Source: Lingula anatina (taxonomy: Eukaryota > Animalia > Brachiopoda). From it: 64,000 bases of DNA. The DNA lies in assembly GCA_051362555.1 (NCBI GenBank), contig CM120642.1, forward strand, positions 19,902,001-19,966,000, given 5' to 3'. The position numbers were made by a program, and so were the translations under genes. Under the pieces are notes generated by a model. It did not search any database, was not told where the DNA came from, and saw only the letters and a program-made list of their open reading frames with translations. Shown here in pieces: positions 1 through 14,400 of the stretch; position 1 is the first letter of the stretch; each line of letters starts with the position of its first letter.

Positions 1-236
1 ATTTCTTTGTGACTCGTACGTATTTCGTATGTATTTGGTCGACGTATACGTGCAATATGGAAAATACAAATTAATACAATGTTTTCTCCGACGCTTATGC
101 AGTAGAACTTGACCTCTTAACATTGACTAAATGGGGGACAAAGAGGGTGTAACAAAACTTTTCATAAAGAAATTCCCTGAATTTCCCCAAAATTCTGAAA
201 TGCTGGTTAAAACCCTACGTCTTTATACTTGTGCAT

Positions 237-239
<3 letters not shown>

Positions 240-297
<58 letters not shown>
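240..297. repeat. (TA)n microsatellite
   Basis: Pure TA dinucleotide run; source of the spurious IYIY ORF at 131-445. Confidence 0.95.
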
Positions 298-300
<3 letters not shown>

Positions 301-756
301 TTCTGAAGCAGGCTGCCTACACCAGCAGCCACTCCGCATTATAGAGCAACAGCTTTGTCAGATTCTGCCGGGATATGGTGCCATCTATGTGACTGTATAT
401 CAGGCAAACAGCCAGTTACTCCTGCTACTACATATATTCATCTAAGTGAATACTCTATACTATAATATTTACCTGTATATGTGTATATGAACATCAGTGT
501 GTTCATATTTTATCCTTAAGCAAATCTCTCGCATATATACATGTAGTTCATTGTATTAAATAAAGCGTTAATTGTCAATTGGTATGTTTGGATTAATCAA
601 CAAAAGAGATTCTGCGCATTATCTATATCCACTATAAATATGTAATTATAAGTGCACCATCCATTAAAAACATTTACCCAAATCTTTGCTAGTTTCTGTT
701 TTGCTAGTACTAATGCGGCAGCAACAAAGTTGATTTAGAGATTTATCAAGAATAAT

Positions 757-982
757 GGGTGCTTTCCCAGAGATTTAGATCGATCTAAAGATTAAGTTTT
801 AGATCGACCTAACTCCCTGGGGGTTCACGCTAAATTGCAGTCAGCCGAGCGGGCACCATAGTTAATTACCCCCTTACAGCTTTTAGTAGGCGGGACAGAC
901 GCTTAAGCCGGCCAAGCTGACAGTAATCTAGTGAGACTCCCCACAGGGATAGATCGATCTAAAAATCTATGGAAATGGGGTG
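757..982. mobile_element. Short MITE-like element with degenerate terminal inverted repeats
   Basis: Starts tttcccagagatttagatcgatcta and ends tagatcgatctaaaaatctatggaaa; its internal part recurs inverted at ~2955-3110. Confidence 0.5.
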
Positions 983-2101
983 AATGAAATATATCGTTTT
1001 CAGCACATTGTCAAATGCACGCTTGAACCCATTTGTAACTTTGTGTCGCATTAAAACCAAATCAGAACGATCACATGACGATTACAATTAAACCGAATGC
1101 CAAGGCATAGGATTCCTGCATGTATAACCACGTGGAATAATTAAATCAGCTGTGTTATGCACTCTGAAGTGAGCATATTTAGTCAACAGTTAGTGTTAAA
1201 ATACTTCGAAATCTGTCTAGAGGACTTTCAATGGGGAATAAGGCTATCCAGGTGAATAGTCTCTATTAAACAACATTCCAATACTAGCTCCTCAATGAAG
1301 AAAAAATTGTAAATGCCACACAATCCTACCCTGAGTGTCAGAGCAACGTAAAAGCTAGCTTGTTAAATATATACCTTGTGATGGAGTCGCTTTTACTAGC
1401 TCTGACGAACAGCGACAATCTGAGGGCGTTCTTCTTCAAAATTTTTGGAAGTCACACGTCACAGCTGTGTCCGCCTGGATCCATATTTGGAAGTCATAAG
1501 TCTCGTACGTCACAGGTTTGGCCGCCTGGAGCTGCCTTTCCCGCCTCGCGCTGAAGTTATCTCGTGCAGACGAGACAAGAAGCAAAGTGCCTGACGAAGT
1601 TTGAATTGAAAATATCTTGCAGTCGAAGGTCAGTGCCACAATAGAAGCAACATTCTGCTTTAAAACCTGATTTTGGTGTAGCCATTGCGCAGCCCTTATA
1701 GTGGTATCGGGCATACAGTGTAGCTGTCAAATTTAGCACACGGCAAGCACGTGCATGCGCACGTGTACATCTCAGGACTAAATGTTCTTTGATAAGCAAA
1801 AAATACAAAAACATTGGATATATCTTTTCTGTTCGAAGAATATTATTTATTTTTTCACTTTACATCTTAAATACAGCAAATAAAATTAAATAAAGCAAAA
1901 TTAAATCTGTTTTACGTTTCATTTTGGTCTGATGACATTCAACTGCAGATTCACTGCGGAGCAGTTCTATTTGATTGATGGAAGTGTAACATGGCCGCTG
2001 GTCACTAGAGCCGGTATTGTTGATATGGGTTATATATGAAATCAAGATCGAGCTGGCAATACCGGAATCTAGAACCTAGGGTACACAATCCAGGCAATCG
2101 T

Positions 2102-2257
2102 TCAAACAATGCTAAAATTTCCATCACTCTGGACGAGGTTTTGGTATGTGGAATTGAATGGAAATTCGTGCCAATTAAAGGCTGCGTACGCCCACGTGTT
2201 AGCCCCTAGGTTGACAATCGTAAAGGAGACCACGTTTAGGATGACCCCAACTTTTAC
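2102..2257 (-). CDS. SLC13-like exon 13 (terminal)
   Basis: ttttcag|[33 protein letters not shown]...IV*. Confidence 0.88.
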   Translation of the reverse strand, partial: VKVGVILNVVSFTIVNLGANTWAYAAFNWHEFPFNSTYQNLVQSDGNFSIV

Positions 2258-4450
2258 CTGAAAATAGATTTAGAATTTAAAATGATGCATTATTTTATAA
2301 TGGAAGCGCTTTACTTCCACGAACATTATTAAGTGAAGCCTAAATGAAAAAATCCTACTGCACTTAACTCAAGTACCTCGCCATCTTTATGCCGATATGT
2401 CTACTTATGATATAGCAACAAAGTAAAGGATGATATTCTGCGGTTGCTTCACGTACAGTACATATAAATTGTTCTTCCTGATCAATCTTTGCACCTTTAA
2501 AATTTGGAACAATTATCATAATGGCACAAAGCAAAGTTGTTTTAAACACAGTTTGTCCATTAAAATGAAAAGAACAAACAGGATGGGGACCGTTGACAAC
2601 CGCACATATGCAACCCTCTTACATTCACGCGCGCACACACATACACACACACGCGCGCGCGCGCGCTCTCACATACATGTACATACATAGGGGTGTTTAC
2701 GGGACGTGTAATGTCACTGACATTATACTTATTTACCATGTCTATTATCCGAATCCTCCCATATGCAAAGACGAAAGCATTAGCACTTGTCCCGACTGGT
2801 AACATGAACGTCATATTTGTGCACAATTCCACCGGCCACATTATGTAAACCGGGTTGTAGCCAAACTGCAAAGCCTGCATAAATATAAATAAAAAACACA
2901 ATAAAATATTAAAATAAAATCAGAATTTAGAACTTAGAACTTAGAAGTATAAGACTGGGTTCTCATGCCCAGATTGATCCATCTGGATCGGTCTATCTCT
3001 CTGGGGAGTCTCACTATTTGCTTTCAACTTAACCGGCTTAAACGTCGGTCACGCCTACCGTATCAGCTAGGGGGTAAAGATAATTACCCCCTAACAGCTT
3101 TGCTAGGTATCTACAGTATTTATCATTTATCATTAATTTTCATTTTATTTTGGTTATGTAACTATGAGAGGGAACAAAACAGACAATTTCTGGCTTACCA
3201 CGCTCCCTACAATAGGCATCAGTAATGTTGTCGAAGCTGTGTTTGTGATAAACTCTGTCATTACCGTGGCGACCGCACATAGAACCATAATCAGCTGCCA
3301 GGGGGCCAGGGAAGACAACGAAAACAGTCTGGCGCCGATCCAGTCTGACAAACCCGAAGCCTGACGTATATGTAAAGGGAATGTTTGGTTTACATAGGTA
3401 TAACAAGAAATATTTTGTCAAGGAAATATGGAAACGGGGTGCAGAATTTTTTGAATATCAAATACCGCGAATCTTCACTGAAACAGGATAGAAAGGGATA
3501 CAAAATATGGTAATTGGTTACCAATTTTGGAAAAGACACTGAACCAAGGAATCTGTGTTGGAGGCTGCCGGTGACCATTCATGTTACTGTTAAACGACTA
3601 ACAGATCTGAATAGAAATCGCTGTCCTCAAAATGGAGTTTCTATGGATTAAGAATATGTTGAGAGGTCGAGGGTAATTCTACACACTTCAGCTAGAGGCT
3701 TCTGAGCAAAGAAACGGTCATAGCAACTGGTTTGGACATAACTGGAATCACACCCTATCCATTTTAATTATTTAAACCTGTTTCTTGAAGCTATTTAACA
3801 CCAAACACAAAGTATACAGACAGATATGTTTAAGTTATATTTTAGTCTAAGACTCGAAATATTTGTTACCTCGCACGCAGACGCAAGCGCCACGCCACCG
3901 CCTAGCAATATAAGTATCCCCCAGGCGACCTTGCTTTGTGCATATTTCCAATCCATAAGGGTGGCCATTGGGTCATCGTCTTTGCAGAAATGTAAAACGT
4001 GTTGCATGTTCAAACCAAATTTACATCAGTGTGTTATATGTAGCATATGGTTCTTTTGGAAAAATGTGTACTTTGCTTTGGCATGGACCTGCCTGTTTTT
4101 ATATGGAATCCATAAAGAAACTATTCCAAACTAACTGTAGTTTAAATTGTCACAGGAGACCTTTATTCATGAAATATAAAATCACAGAGACCGTCTTATT
4201 AAATACGAGACGTGTTATTTTTCCTTTCATTTAAATGTGCACATTTCTCAGAATGTGTCCTTTCACACCTACTTACCTTCGTCACGTGTCGTCGAATCTG
4301 ATGCCAAACCAAAATACCTTTTCTATTCGGATTAGACGGGATGACAAATAAAGAAAATATAACAGCCATGGCCGCGGTCCCATCTGACACGTATCTGTTG
4401 GGGAACAATAATAGCTATAATGCGCTAAGTTAGATATCACAGTTGGAAAG

Positions 4451-4488
<38 letters not shown>

Positions 4489-7400
4489 TACTTTTAAAAT
4501 GTGAGATTTCGTATTACATTTTTTTTCGTTTATTTAATAACTCTTGCATTAGCATGGGGCAAATAACATACCCCTTTCTAAAAATCCAAATAGTTGAAAT
4601 AACACAGATTATAATAATGCACTTTTTAAATCATTTATCATTGAAATTAAAACTATGTTCAAGGAAACTATATACATTTATATCATAAGCTTTAATCAGT
4701 TACATATGGCTATATTGTTTTGATAGACTGCAAATTGCTGCAATTGTATTAGCCTACCCTTTTCTGAAGGCAACCGACCATCCGTCTATAAAACGCGGTT
4801 CTCGGGTAAGCCACAGCAATGATAGCACGGAAAAATGTACCAGCACTGCCTTCTCTGCAAACCTGTATATTGGAACGCAATGAGATTGCAATATGTCTAA
4901 GTCTAAAATACCTGCAAAGCCTCTATAACCTTTCGTAGCTAATTAAAAGAAATGAGCCGTTTGACCAAGGGCATGTTCTTGAAAAGCTTAAATACCTATA
5001 TAAAGAAAATATTTTAATATATGAATATCAAAATGTTAAAATACTTTTCACTCTTTTTTTTACTGTGAACAATATTGATTGCTAGGATGCAATGCAAGAC
5101 ATGCGTATCCAATGTATAAATACAGAAATAAATATACATTGATTAATCAATTAATATATTGAAATTGCTATCCATCTTGTAAGGGAATTTAATGCATAAA
5201 TAAGTATACATTAACTAATCGCTTAATTGATTAAAATAATTATCCATGATGTAAGGACATTTAAAGTTCTTTATATGATAATAAACTAACAACGAATGTG
5301 AAAGTGTTTTAAAATAATCCCAATATTCCTCTTCCTTCCAGTTCAACGGAAATTTAACTATTGGTCTATTTACAGACAAGAAACAATTTTATTGAATATT
5401 AAGCGACGAATAAATGTGTAGAAACTTTAAGTGAAATTTCTATAATGTTAAATGAAAGCGAAAGTAGAAAAACGATGGGTCGACATACGTCATGGGTCCC
5501 AGACTTTCATATTCCTTCGTCAGTACCTTGTTAACTTCTTCTTTCCCCCTAAAAACCTGGCCCTGACAAAAAGTGTCCCTGTGAAAATGAACATATCATA
5601 TTATATTATATTATATTAATGATTTTTTAATGTCTTTTTGTTATATCCCTTAAAAGTGTAGGAAGAATAAAATCAAAATCGAAAAGAATAAAATGGGCTT
5701 TGGCCTTAGTTTGATATTATTAAAAAGTAACAAGACGAAACCAGTGGAGGGATTCTAGGTTTCTCGTATCACCGAACAACATTTTAGAAATGTCAACGTT
5801 CTTGCAATCGAGTATCTATTATCCTACCTCCAACCTAAGAAGAACAGCTGCAAGACGAACCAAGTGCACACCGTAACCAAAAGAGATACAGGAAAACCAT
5901 ACATCAGCCATGTCGCAAACGTTATGCCGGGATCGGTGAGGGCTTTTTTGTCAGCGTATATTCTGAAAAACAAACAAACAAATAAAAAAATAGATTGGAT
6001 ATAATAAAAAAGCAAGAAAAAGAAAACAACAGGATCTTTTATGCATTCCCCTTATACATTCGAAACTTTTGTTTGGCTTGTATAGTATAAACATGCCCAC
6101 TTGCGACCTAAGAAAAACATTGTCCTACATTTACCTTCCTCTTTGCTAATGTATCATTAGTAATTACAATATTTACAAAAAAGACACTCACTGATCTGCC
6201 ACATCTTTGAAAATGAGATTCGTAGAATGCCCCGTCAGGGTTGCCGTGCCTCCTATACTTGCAGCATAAGCAATGGACAAAGTGAAAGCTTTTTCCATGT
6301 CCTTTATGGAAATAGTAGAGCGGTATTTCGGTTTATCTTCTGGGAATTTGTCCACGCCTCGCATTTCTATGTCGGTAAAACCATCGTCGTTTGTCTTCTC
6401 CAAGTCCATGAGGGAGCTAATACTGTCATCTTCGGAGGCCATGTGTCCGAGATTCTCGCGATATTTCTTCCCCACTGACGAGATCCCATCTGGGATGTCT
6501 GAGAAATTAATTGAATATACTTACATATTTACAAGATTGTTTCTCTGTAGTCCTATGCCTGAACTTGTAGCATTCTTTCAAAATATAGCACATGAACTCA
6601 AGTAGAGCAAGGAAAAGCTATATAAGGCATAGAGAGAAGCCACCAGTTACCACCTTAAACATTCAATGGATTATATCATGGTTTGTAAGCGCTAACACAT
6701 GTACCAATATTTTAATAAAAACCTAGATGAATACACATTAATATATATAATTGGCACCCTCAAGAATTTAGACATATTTATTTAAAATTGCCCCTTCTGT
6801 TCAAAGAAGACAGGTTTTTCCGTGATGTCAAGCGAGCAGAAGGTACATGTGCTTGCCCAAAAGTGCTACATTGGGGCTGCTGCAAATGCCCTAATGAAGG
6901 CCAAATATTTTATTTTATTCTGAATAGTGAAGGGGGGCGAACAAGGGGCCGCTCAAGCTTTGGCGCATGAGAATCATCCAAGATACTTAAAAGCGTAAAG
7001 TTCAGAGCGATTTGAAGGAGAGTGGGGTCAGATACACTATAAGACTAGGGACTACTGTGGGACTGTGCGGCAATGAAAAAAATTACCGAATCCATTTAAA
7101 GATAGATTTGTCGGTTGCTCGGTTGGTCGTTTTGCCTAATGACAGTATTGTGTACCGGTGCAAATTCATTTAGTTTTGCGTGTCACATTCATATTGCTTT
7201 CCCAGACAACATTACCCGTCGCAGAGTTTTACCCTTATCATGGAAAGGTGAACCCCACCTCACGCGGATTCTCGGACATTTTCTATTCCTGTATAATATA
7301 GTGCAACGCAGACAGTCTCGTTTTAGGTTATCTCGGATGATTTCCATTGGCGTCTGAAAGGCAAAATGAATTTGATATTTACAACAATACATTTACCTTT

Positions 7401-7566
7401 ATTCTCCGTCTCCATTTCCTCCAGGCGGCGTAAAATCGCCTCTACAATTGGGAGCATCATGGCGACGGTGCTGCCAGTGGTACTCATCCACATGGCTAAA
7501 AACCATGTGATCAACATGAGCCCAAACAACAACCTACGTATAAAATGATAAAACTCATATATATAC

Positions 7567-7624
<58 letters not shown>

Positions 7625-8363
7625 GATTTTATCAGGTTGGTTTCGGGGTGTATCCTGCGTACCTTGCTCCAAATTTGTAAATATTCACCCCAGTGACGTA
7701 AACGTCATTAGACTTCATACAGACTAGCTGCAGTGCATTTCATGCACTTGCCTTTCGAATGTCTAAATAAACTGCATCAATTCAAATAATTTTGCTTACA
7801 AGGACCAAGGAATAAGAAAAAGAAGAAAGAAGGAGAAACCTTTTAGGTTCAGTTCCGACCAGAAGCAACATCCTCAGTGCCATGCGTTTGTGCAGGTGAC
7901 ATCTCTCTATGGCAGTGGCTATAATAAATCCTGCCAGCTGTAGCATATTGATGTCCTGGCGGCGAGAGAAAAAAAAACAGCAAGTATATTTAGCTCTTCC
8001 TCTACCCTTTGCTTGATGAAAATATAACGTGTACATTGGATAATGTTTCTATTTCCCTTTCTTTATACTATTCAGTGCCGGGAAGTAAGGCACGCCAGTG
8101 ACGATTTCTGAAAAAAATCACACCAATGGTCCCCTCTTGAAATTAGAATTTTGACTAGCAGAATCATAGATCTAAACCATACAAAGTGGCACCGTTCGCC
8201 CTCTAAAATACCAAAATTTTCGGGGCGCGTCAGACGGCCCAAAACCCCACGCCAAGGGGGCATCTGCAGACATCCTTCAAATAATCCTGGATCAGTTGTT
8301 GTCAAATCCATCAGTTATACTAAACTATAGCAGCTTTTTATGCAAAAGGTAATTTGTCCGGAC

Positions 8364-8408
<45 letters not shown>

Positions 8409-11400
8409 CAGCCGTGCACGCTAACGATTGCGCCGTGAGTGAACCGCCCACCCTCTGTTGGTACGAGTTTCCTCTTATAGTAATAAAACAAAATTTTTAG
8501 AACTGATTTTTATCCACAAAAACTGGACGTTAGAGAATTCGAAGCGGCGTAGGATTGTCTAGCGCTGTCCACGTTAGCGGAGTTACCACGGAGCCGCGGA
8601 CTCCAGGTCAAATGCAAACTTTCTACCCTAACACGGAGAGGACCAGTTTGGATGCCCTTCAGCTGTACAAATGTATTTCATCCCGCACAACCCCCGAACA
8701 ATGTCTTATCACTGAACTTTGAAGTTGATGATGTACACGAGACCTTGTTTGAGATGCCGACCAGGAGCGTTCCTACATAGATTCCTTTTTTACTTGACTT
8801 TGTTTTGAGCTGAGATTCAGTTTAGTATCACCTATGACGTTAAAGAGCACAATGGGATGACTTTAGTTTTAGCAAGCCCCTAGGAAGAGGAAATTATTTT
8901 AAAAACGTACAAATGTGTTGAAGCTGGTGCGCTTTCCATTCAAGCAATTGAGAAGATGTGAATTTTGAGAAATAACACATTTGGCAGATAATTCCGCCGA
9001 GAGGATACCTTTTTTTCTGGTGAACGCGGTTTACAGGCGGTATGACATGGTGCTATAGCGGGAAAGCTACAAAATCCATATCAAGTTTGGTCGCTTTTAT
9101 TGAAAAGACTGCCGTTCCTAGTCAGATGATTTCAGATGCTTTTATTTTCATTATGTTTACAATGAAATTACGTCTGACTTCACCTGTGACGTTACAGAGC
9201 GAAAGCGGCTCACACTTTCACAGTTTTAGTTTTAAGTAGTCTTTGCATTTTTAATGTTCTCTGTGTAGTTGCCCCGGGTACTGTACTGTACCCAGACCCA
9301 TCTCTGTGGGGCGGTGAAATGCCCCATCCGGGATTTGAACTTGTGACTTTCCGTTACCATTGAAGATGATGTGTTATGTTCATTTAAGCAGCTGTGGACG
9401 CTCCCGATTGCACCGTGGGCGACCCCCCCTCCCCCACCCCCACCCTCCTTAGGTACGAGTTTCCTTCTATCGTAATAAAACAATTTTTTAGTAATGACTT
9501 ATCAATATAAATTACATCAAACGTTCCAGAATTCTAATCCGCGTAATAGTATCTAGCTGTTCCCTAGTCAGCGGAGTTTCCACGAAGCCGCGGAAGCTTC
9601 ATCGGCTGGCTTCAGATCAAATGTAAACTTTCTACAGTCAGAATCAACGTTCATAAAACGACATCAAACACTTAGATCTAGACTCAGTTTTACACGTACA
9701 CACATGCAAAATTGAAATGCACCTAAACACACACGCGCACACACACACGACCACACAAATATACTACCTTCCAATATTGCTGGCTGATATCCTTGGCCGT
9801 CATAATCCCCAGTAAAGGTACCAGAGCGACAGGGATCAGCGCTGTCATTGCCATAGGAACAGCTTCTGTGATCCAATAGACAGCCATCAGTACGGCGATA
9901 TAGCTCGCCTTTCCGATCTATGGGTAGATGCGAAAAGAAGAGAGATAACGATTATCTTACATGCAATAATCACCGAGTCATCCGGTGGTATTTTCATTAA
10001 AACGAAAATAGGGCCGTAAATGCGTTTGTTTACGGTATTGCTGTTTTACCTTGGGTGCTAAAACTGGATATCTTTTGTGGAGTAATAACAATAGTAATAT
10101 TAATTTATTCAGATTTTAAATATATAAAATATATACACATTATGTAAAATATATATCAGGAAGTGAATTCTGTTTGCAATATTAAAAGTAATAATAATTG
10201 TTAAATCCTCTAGTTTTAGAAGTGAAAATGATTAATAAGGTAGTGATTTAAAGGATAAATATAGCTAAAATGTAAAGTATAAACAAGAAAATGTTCATGG
10301 ATAAAAACTTTTTAAAGCCTTTTGTTTCCTTTTAAAGGTATCAAAGTCTCTTGTGCCGTGACGTTGAAGAGCGTGAATAAATGATACATGTACATGTAGC
10401 AACCAAATTGGCTTAACCGTATGTGACGATTGTGTTGTCCAACCAACCACAATCTGTGCAGGGAAAGAGACTGACCGGTGTTACAGGTGTGGTCTGCTTC
10501 CCATTACTTTGTTCAGGTGACATTCGTCCTTTATACTTACTCCAATACTCCGACTAACCCTAACCTATACTAATCATATGGAATCCCGGCCTTCCATTTC
10601 TAGGAGTTTCATTCCTGTGACACTGATCATTTTTAGCTCTTGTGCATTACTCGTTAGTGTGAAGAAGAAGAAGTGGTTTTTATCAAACTTTGTAGTAGGT
10701 CAGAGATTAAACTAGCTCATGGTGAATAGACTATAAGTGAGAGAATGTCATTACTACCGATAACAGCCATGGTCGACAATAGCTGAAACGCTCAAAAAAA
10801 TGCAATTAGGATAATAATTGTATTTATGTAGCAAATGGTTTGTTTTAGTGGTGGTAATAACTTTTTGGTAATACATCAATGTTTTGTTCATAGGAAATTA
10901 GTCTTAGTTTGGGTCTTGTGTCTGCCTTAAGTAGTTGACCAAGGCAGGTGATAACAGATGTTCAGTTTTCTTGATACTTGGTGACTGCATTTTCTTCGGC
11001 TAATATTCTGTTTTCCCAGCCACCAGTTTTGTTATCAAGTTTCGGCGACGGCTGTTTCCTTTTATTTGAGTGACAAATAAGATCACACACAGGCTAGTAA
11101 TTTTATATTTTCTTCAATTATTCCCTTATTCATGTGTTCTTATCATCAGATTTATAATTTGTCGATTGCTGCAGTTGTTAACTATTTTGTAAAGATGTCA
11201 CTGCATCTTCAAAAAAAATGTTTTTTTCTTCTTTGTGTGTAGCTATAATATTTATGCTGAATCCTACCGGGCCAGGAATTCCGCTGTTTTTATCATTTCT
11301 CGGCTGTAGTTTACATGCCGTAATCCATACATTTCTGTCTTTATATTGTCTCCGTGTCCGCATTACCAGGTGCCATAATTTAATGGGTTTCTGGTCGACT

Positions 11401-14400
11401 AGTTTACATGCATTTTTGTTATGCTCTTTGTTTTGGGTGTACTTCCCCAGGTGTTTAATTGTTTGCCTGGTAGTGAGAACCCGGTGTGGTATCGGGTATT
11501 CTAGGTTCTGGATGTTTTCCCCAGGTGTTTTATTAATAATAATAATAATAATAATAATTTATTTACTAAAATCGCAACCTAATAGGTTGAAGTTTTACAA
11601 TGCGTCTTAAATAATAAAATCATAAGGTATTTTAAAATTAACTAAGAATTATAAACTAAACTAAAAGGACCAAAGACTTATAAGACAGTTTGAAGCAGTA
11701 ATTTACATAAAATTTAAAAGACTGTGTATTATAAAAGATTATTTAAAACGCTCCGTTTTTACTTTTGGTATTAAAAATTTGTTGCTGACCCTGAGATTTC
11801 TTGGGTTCTTTTGTTTAAACAGATGGTGTAGCTTATTAAAATTCTTGATTTTTGTAAAAAAGTTCTTAAGTAAAACGACTCTTCTCTCCCTCAGAGAGGT
11901 GAGATTACTAGCCTGTAGGGCATCCTTGTAAGTATAAAATGGGTAAATAATTCTAAGAGCTCTCCTTTGAACAGATTCTAAGCATTCACATTGTTCAGCT
12001 GTAAGACCAGGCCCCCACACAGGGCATGCATATTCTAGGACTGATCTAATTATTGATTGATATATAACTATTAGATCCTCAGTGGCCAGATTTGCCCTTT
12101 TCAACTGCCTTAGATAAAAAAGCTTGGCACAAGACTTTGAATAAATTAACTGCACATGTTCTGTCCACTTGAGATCAGGGGTCAGAGTTACTCCTAGTAG
12201 CTTAAATTTACTCACTTTTTCTACAATTTCTCCATCTACCAATAGTGTTGGAATGATATCTATACATTTGGTAAAGTTAAAATCCATACATTTTGTCTTC
12301 TTTACATTTAATTTCATATTGTTATTTCTAACCCAATTTTCAAGTTGCTCTATTGCCTGTGGAAGTAGTGATTTTTGGCCAAACTGACAAAGTTCATAAA
12401 TAGATGTATCATCAACAAATTTTATATCTGGGCAGCAGGTTTTTAGATCATTTATCATTGCTATAAACAGGATTGGACCTAACTTTGTCCCCTGAGGTAC
12501 CCCTCCGTTAAGCTGGACCCAGTCAGATTTACACTGACCACATTTCACTCTCTGATATCTTTGGCATAAAAAGGAGAAAATCCACTTCCTAATAAACTCT
12601 GGAATCCCTTGACTGCCCAGTTTTTCAATTAAGATGCTGTGGTCTATTCTGTCAAATGCCTTTGAAAAATCTAAAAATAAAACTTGTGAATAAGATTTGG
12701 TTTTAGCAGACGGTTCGAGACCTTCTAGTATTTTGTGAGTCAGCTCTACTAGGGCGTGGGTAGTAGAGCTATTTTTGACTACTCCAAATTTGGACTTATC
12801 GATTTGCAGGCTACTCATCACCCATTTTGCCACAAATGACTCCAATATTTTACTCAACACTGGTGTAAGCGATATTGGTCTAAGATCAGCCTCTATCACT
12901 TTTGGTTGGTTAACTTTTGGGACGGGGATTACCTCTGCAGATTTCCAAGTGTCAGGTACATATCCCTCTCTGATAGAGCTATTAAAAATTGCGCACAAGG
13001 GCTTGGAAAGGAAGCCTGCAAAATCTCTGATGACCCAATTTGGAATTTGGTCAGGACCTATAGCCTTTGAGAGCTTAACATCAGAGAGAAGTTTTTCGAC
13101 ATCATTTACGCTAATAGTAAACTCATCTGGTACTACATAGTTCTGTTGGCCATTTTCAGCCGGTGTAAGAGGAGTCAAATTGCTACTAACACTTTGAAAA
13201 AATTCGTTGATCTTTTTTACTAGAACCTGGTAATTACCATTTGATGTGCTATCAGCAAGTGACTCTAATGAACATTTATTGTTATTCAAACCTGCTAGCT
13301 CTTTGGATTTCTTCCACCAAGTGGATTGTTTGCCTAGTAGAGAGAACCCGGTGTGGTATCGGATATACTAGGTTCTGGGTGTTTTCCACAGGTGTTTAAC
13401 TGTTTGCCTAGTAGTGAGAACCATGTGTTGATATCTTGTATACTAGGTTTATATTTTGTGGGAGTTGTTATGTTCCTATTCTGGGGAGTCACCCAGCTGT
13501 ATGTTCGTTTGCCTAGTCGGTTTTACCAGATATCCCTTTTTTTACGTGCACGGCTAAGCTGAGGCTGTTGCCTGCATGGATTTTCTCTGGCGGCGGACTA
13601 GATGTTTTTGCATTTTTAATATAAATATGGCTCGTGTCATATCTACCCAGGCTATTCGTTGGGTTTATGCCGGGTAAATATGTTCTCTGTACAAGTGTAT
13701 ATTTTATTCATATTACTTATTCCGTTTACTTACTTGAATTACCTGGCCCGGGACATTTTATTACTGAATTGTCTTATGTATAAATGCAGCTACCTTTGCG
13801 CGGTCTTCTTAGTTTCCTTTGTCTTTAAGTTACCATGCCTCCCAAGACCCCTCCCGGGAGGAGTAGGGGGTCCAGGACGTCGGGTGTCTCCAATGCGCGC
13901 TCATTATCCGGCAAAAGACGATTGGCTCCTGCATCCACTGCTCTTGGTGGAAAGAAGCCGAGTCACACCGCCACACACTTCTTCTGAGATGGAATCAACC
14001 TTTACTTCACTTGTTATCGACTGCGATTTGTTGGCACAGCGTATTATTGCTCATCAAACTGCATCAGAGGCACAGAAATGCCGAGCGCTTCTCCTTCTCC
14101 CGACTCCTCCCTGCAAGAGACCCACGTTCAGCAGCAGATACCCGGTATCAGCAGTCTGTTAGGCACTGTAAACACACGGGTCCAGCCTATGAAATTAGAA
14201 GTGATCCACATGCCCAGAAATCGCCGATTACCCTTTACCAATGGACTGATGCCTTTTTTTCAGCGATTTTCTTACAAAAATTTATATGATTCTGTAAACT
14301 TACTTAAGTACGGTTCAACTATTAGAGCATTAAGTAGCTACCTAATGCTAATGATTGGCGTCTTTATGATGACGCCTTTTGCAACTTACGAGCAACAATA

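Larger units (their letters stand above)
11447..13450. repeat. ~74-bp tandem repeat interrupted by the LINE insertion
   Basis: Unit ccaggtgtttaattgtttgcct.gtagtgagaacccggtgtggtatcgg.tat.ctaggttctgg at 11447-11530; resumes in register at ~13325-13450. Confidence 0.75.

Noticed and set aside
131-445. 104-aa ORF (also IYIY ORFs at 7545-7727 and 27622-27804)
   Set aside because: Open only because of (TA)n microsatellites
1441-1530. Two-copy ~45-50-bp duplication with ACGTCAC motifs
   Set aside because: Too short and diverged to call regulatory; probably transposon-internal
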